64,000 bases of DNA from Antedon mediterranea (Eukaryota; Animalia; Echinodermata), in NCBI RefSeq assembly GCF_964355755.1, contig NC_092670.1, positions 30,554,388-30,618,387 of the forward strand, written 5' to 3'. Shown here piece by piece: positions 62,501-64,000 of the stretch. Made by a program: the position numbers and the translations under genes. The notes beneath the pieces were generated by a model. The model saw nothing but the letters and a program-made list of their open reading frames with translations, did not search any database and was not told where the DNA came from. Position 1 is the first letter of the stretch. The number at the start of each line of letters is the position of its first letter.

Positions 62501-62585
62501 CACATAATTTTAATTTAGAAAAATGAGTACTTATGGCGCCGTGTCCTTTTGCAGTCGGCGGACTGTGTCCAGGTACTGGCTCCAC
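59544..62585 (-). pseudogene. L2 ORF2 (APE and RT) with one premature TGA at 60045-60047
   Basis: LNARSL, VSETWL, TGGGVG, IYRPP, CGDFNIH, LSDH, NYRPISNL, YQSAY, LLDLSAAFDTVDH, VPQGSVLGP, YADDTQIY; frame continues HLRNI*RIRKF..AFVTSRLD..LHWLPV..GDRAFS. Confidence 0.9.
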
Positions 62586-63985
62586 TCTTGGTGTATTTGG
62601 TCTCTGTGGGGTTTTATTTGTAGAAATTGATGATTCTCCAATGGACGATTTGCTTCCGTTTGTCGTTGATACATATTCGCACGATGAAAAATCGACGACT
62701 GTGGCTTGTGTATGTCAGGCACAGGTACAGACAAAGATTCGTCGCACGAATTTCCATTGATGTGGTTTATAACATTTTTGGCAAATGACCCAACTCCAAT
62801 TTGGTTTAGGTGAGTTCCATCCGAAGACAGGTGTTTTGACATGATACAACTATTGTCAATAAAGCCCCAATTTCGCTGTCTAGCAACTGCTCGTATCTTG
62901 TCATTGGCATCGTTTATACGCTTAGATTCTGTAAGAGATTCATGTTTTCGATGAATTATCGAGGAGATTGTTACTCTTCTCGGTTGTAAAGATTCTCCGA
63001 GAGATGATATTTTTACTGCAATAGTGGCTGGGTCATCTGAGGAGTTATTAGTTCCCGCGTGTAGAATAATTCTATCCACATTATGTTCTGTTGACAGTAC
63101 TGCTGCCTTGTGTGCAATGTCATCAGTTTTCGCGCCTCTCATTGTCTGACAGATTACGTTCAGATTTGTTGACCTGCTAAGTCGTTTTGGTTTAAACTGT
63201 TTTATCATCGAATCTCCAATAATCAAGATTTTTTTATCTAAAGCTGTATCAGAGTGTATCTGTTTGTGTTTGTTTCTATATTGGCTTAGTTGATCCTGGT
63301 ATGCAGCAGACGCAGATGATTTTGATTTGGTCAGTTTTGAAGGAGTAGAAGATGGCTGCCTGTTGGTAAGCTCCTCAAACAGATTATCAATCAATTGTTC
63401 AGTTTGTGTAATAGAATCGTTTGTGTTAGAAGAAACTTTCCTTGTTTGCGTTGTCGTAGAACTTGTGTGACTTTCCATTATTTGTTTTCTCGTCCTACGT
63501 TGTAGTTCAAAATCTGAGGTGTCGATGGCAATTTGCGTTCTTTTTAGTTCATATATTTCGTCTTTAGCTATGGATAAGCTACGCTCCGTTTCTGTAACTT
63601 GTTGACGTAATGTCTTTATTTGTTCTTCCTTGTTCATTGTCCGTTTTTCCCATAACCTCCAAGACTCAAAGTCAAGTTTCAGATTTTTGTTTTCCTTCTC
63701 CAATTTTTTCATTCTTTCATTAGATTTGTCGATATCAGCTCTAATTTTAGAAATGTCATCATTTTTTTTGGGACAGTGTATTTTTAGATGCCTTTGTTTC
63801 TGAGACTCAACCTCAGATTTTAGTGATTTGTTTTCTGTTCTGAGATTTTCATTTTCTGTTCTTACAATTTGTAGCTTAAGCTCATAGTTTTCTTCCATAT
63901 AGTTGACAATAATATTGTTAAACCTTTTATCAAAGGTTCCAGGATGTTGCTCATTTATTGAAGGGAATTCATCGCAGATTCTCAA
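62531..63985 (-). CDS. L2 ORF1: coiled coil plus SGNH/GDSL esterase domain
   Basis: ILIIGDSMIK, RGAK, ILHAGTNN, DGTHLN blocks after a long heptad region. Confidence 0.88.
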   Translation of the reverse strand: MRICDEFPSINEQHPGTFDKRFNNIIVNYMEENYELKLQIVRTENENLRTENKSLKSEVESQKQRHLKIHCPKKNDDISKIRADIDKSNERMKKLEKENKNLKLDFESWRLWEKRTMNKEEQIKTLRQQVTETERSLSIAKDEIYELKRTQIAIDTSDFELQRRTRKQIMESHTSSTTTQTRKVSSNTNDSITQTEQLIDNLFEELTNRQPSSTPSKLTKSKSSASAAYQDQLSQYRNKHKQIHSDTALDKKILIIGDSMIKQFKPKRLSRSTNLNVICQTMRGAKTDDIAHKAAVLSTEHNVDRIILHAGTNNSSDDPATIAVKISSLGESLQPRRVTISSIIHRKHESLTESKRINDANDKIRAVARQRNWGFIDNSCIMSKHLSSDGTHLNQIGVGSFAKNVINHINGNSCDESLSVPVPDIHKPQSSIFHRANMYQRQTEANRPLENHQFLQIKPHRDQIHQEWSQYLDTVRRLQKDTAP

Positions 63986-64000
63986 TAAGGTTGGCGGAGA

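Larger units (their letters stand above)
59200..64000 (-). mobile_element. Near-intact L2-clade LINE, 5' end at or beyond the window edge
   Basis: ORF1 plus ORF2; L2-type 3' end AAATGCGCCTTGAGCA...TGCGCTATAAAAAT and (ATT)n tail at 59200-59220. Confidence 0.92.

Overview
AT-rich, transposon-saturated animal genomic DNA. An echinoderm-like marine invertebrate is suggested only by the i-type lysozyme and the PKS architecture. Host genes: the 3' end of an intronless type I polyketide synthase (DH end, KR, degenerate ER, ACP, no TE; 10-3021), two exons of an i-type lysozyme (35685-36700, minus) and a two-exon PTCHD3-like gene with one frameshift (40788-44092, minus). The dominant feature is a full-length Polinton/Maverick endogenous virus at 9792-27629, with AGTAGT termini, ~480-bp TIRs and a TACACA 6-bp TSD. 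It carries pPolB, packaging ATPase, PW- and PZ-like genes, adenain-like protease, major and minor capsid proteins, a basic core-like protein and an integrase-chromodomain. It also has two accessory genes: a PC4-like ssDNA-binding protein and a protein with tandem SUMO-interacting-like motifs plus a CxxC..H..C module. The element is disabled by stops, frameshifts and a Helitron fragment. It lies inside a six-level nest: Academ-like element > CR1/L2-group LINE > TTAA Kolobok-like element > Polinton > 3.15-kb TIR element > Academ-like MITE. The rest of the window holds Rex1/L2-type, Tx1/L1 and esterase-ORF1 L2 LINEs, a fragmented Gypsy, MULE, hAT, Harbinger and P-like MITEs, Helitrons and tandem repeats. 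All calls were made by eye; no database searches were run.
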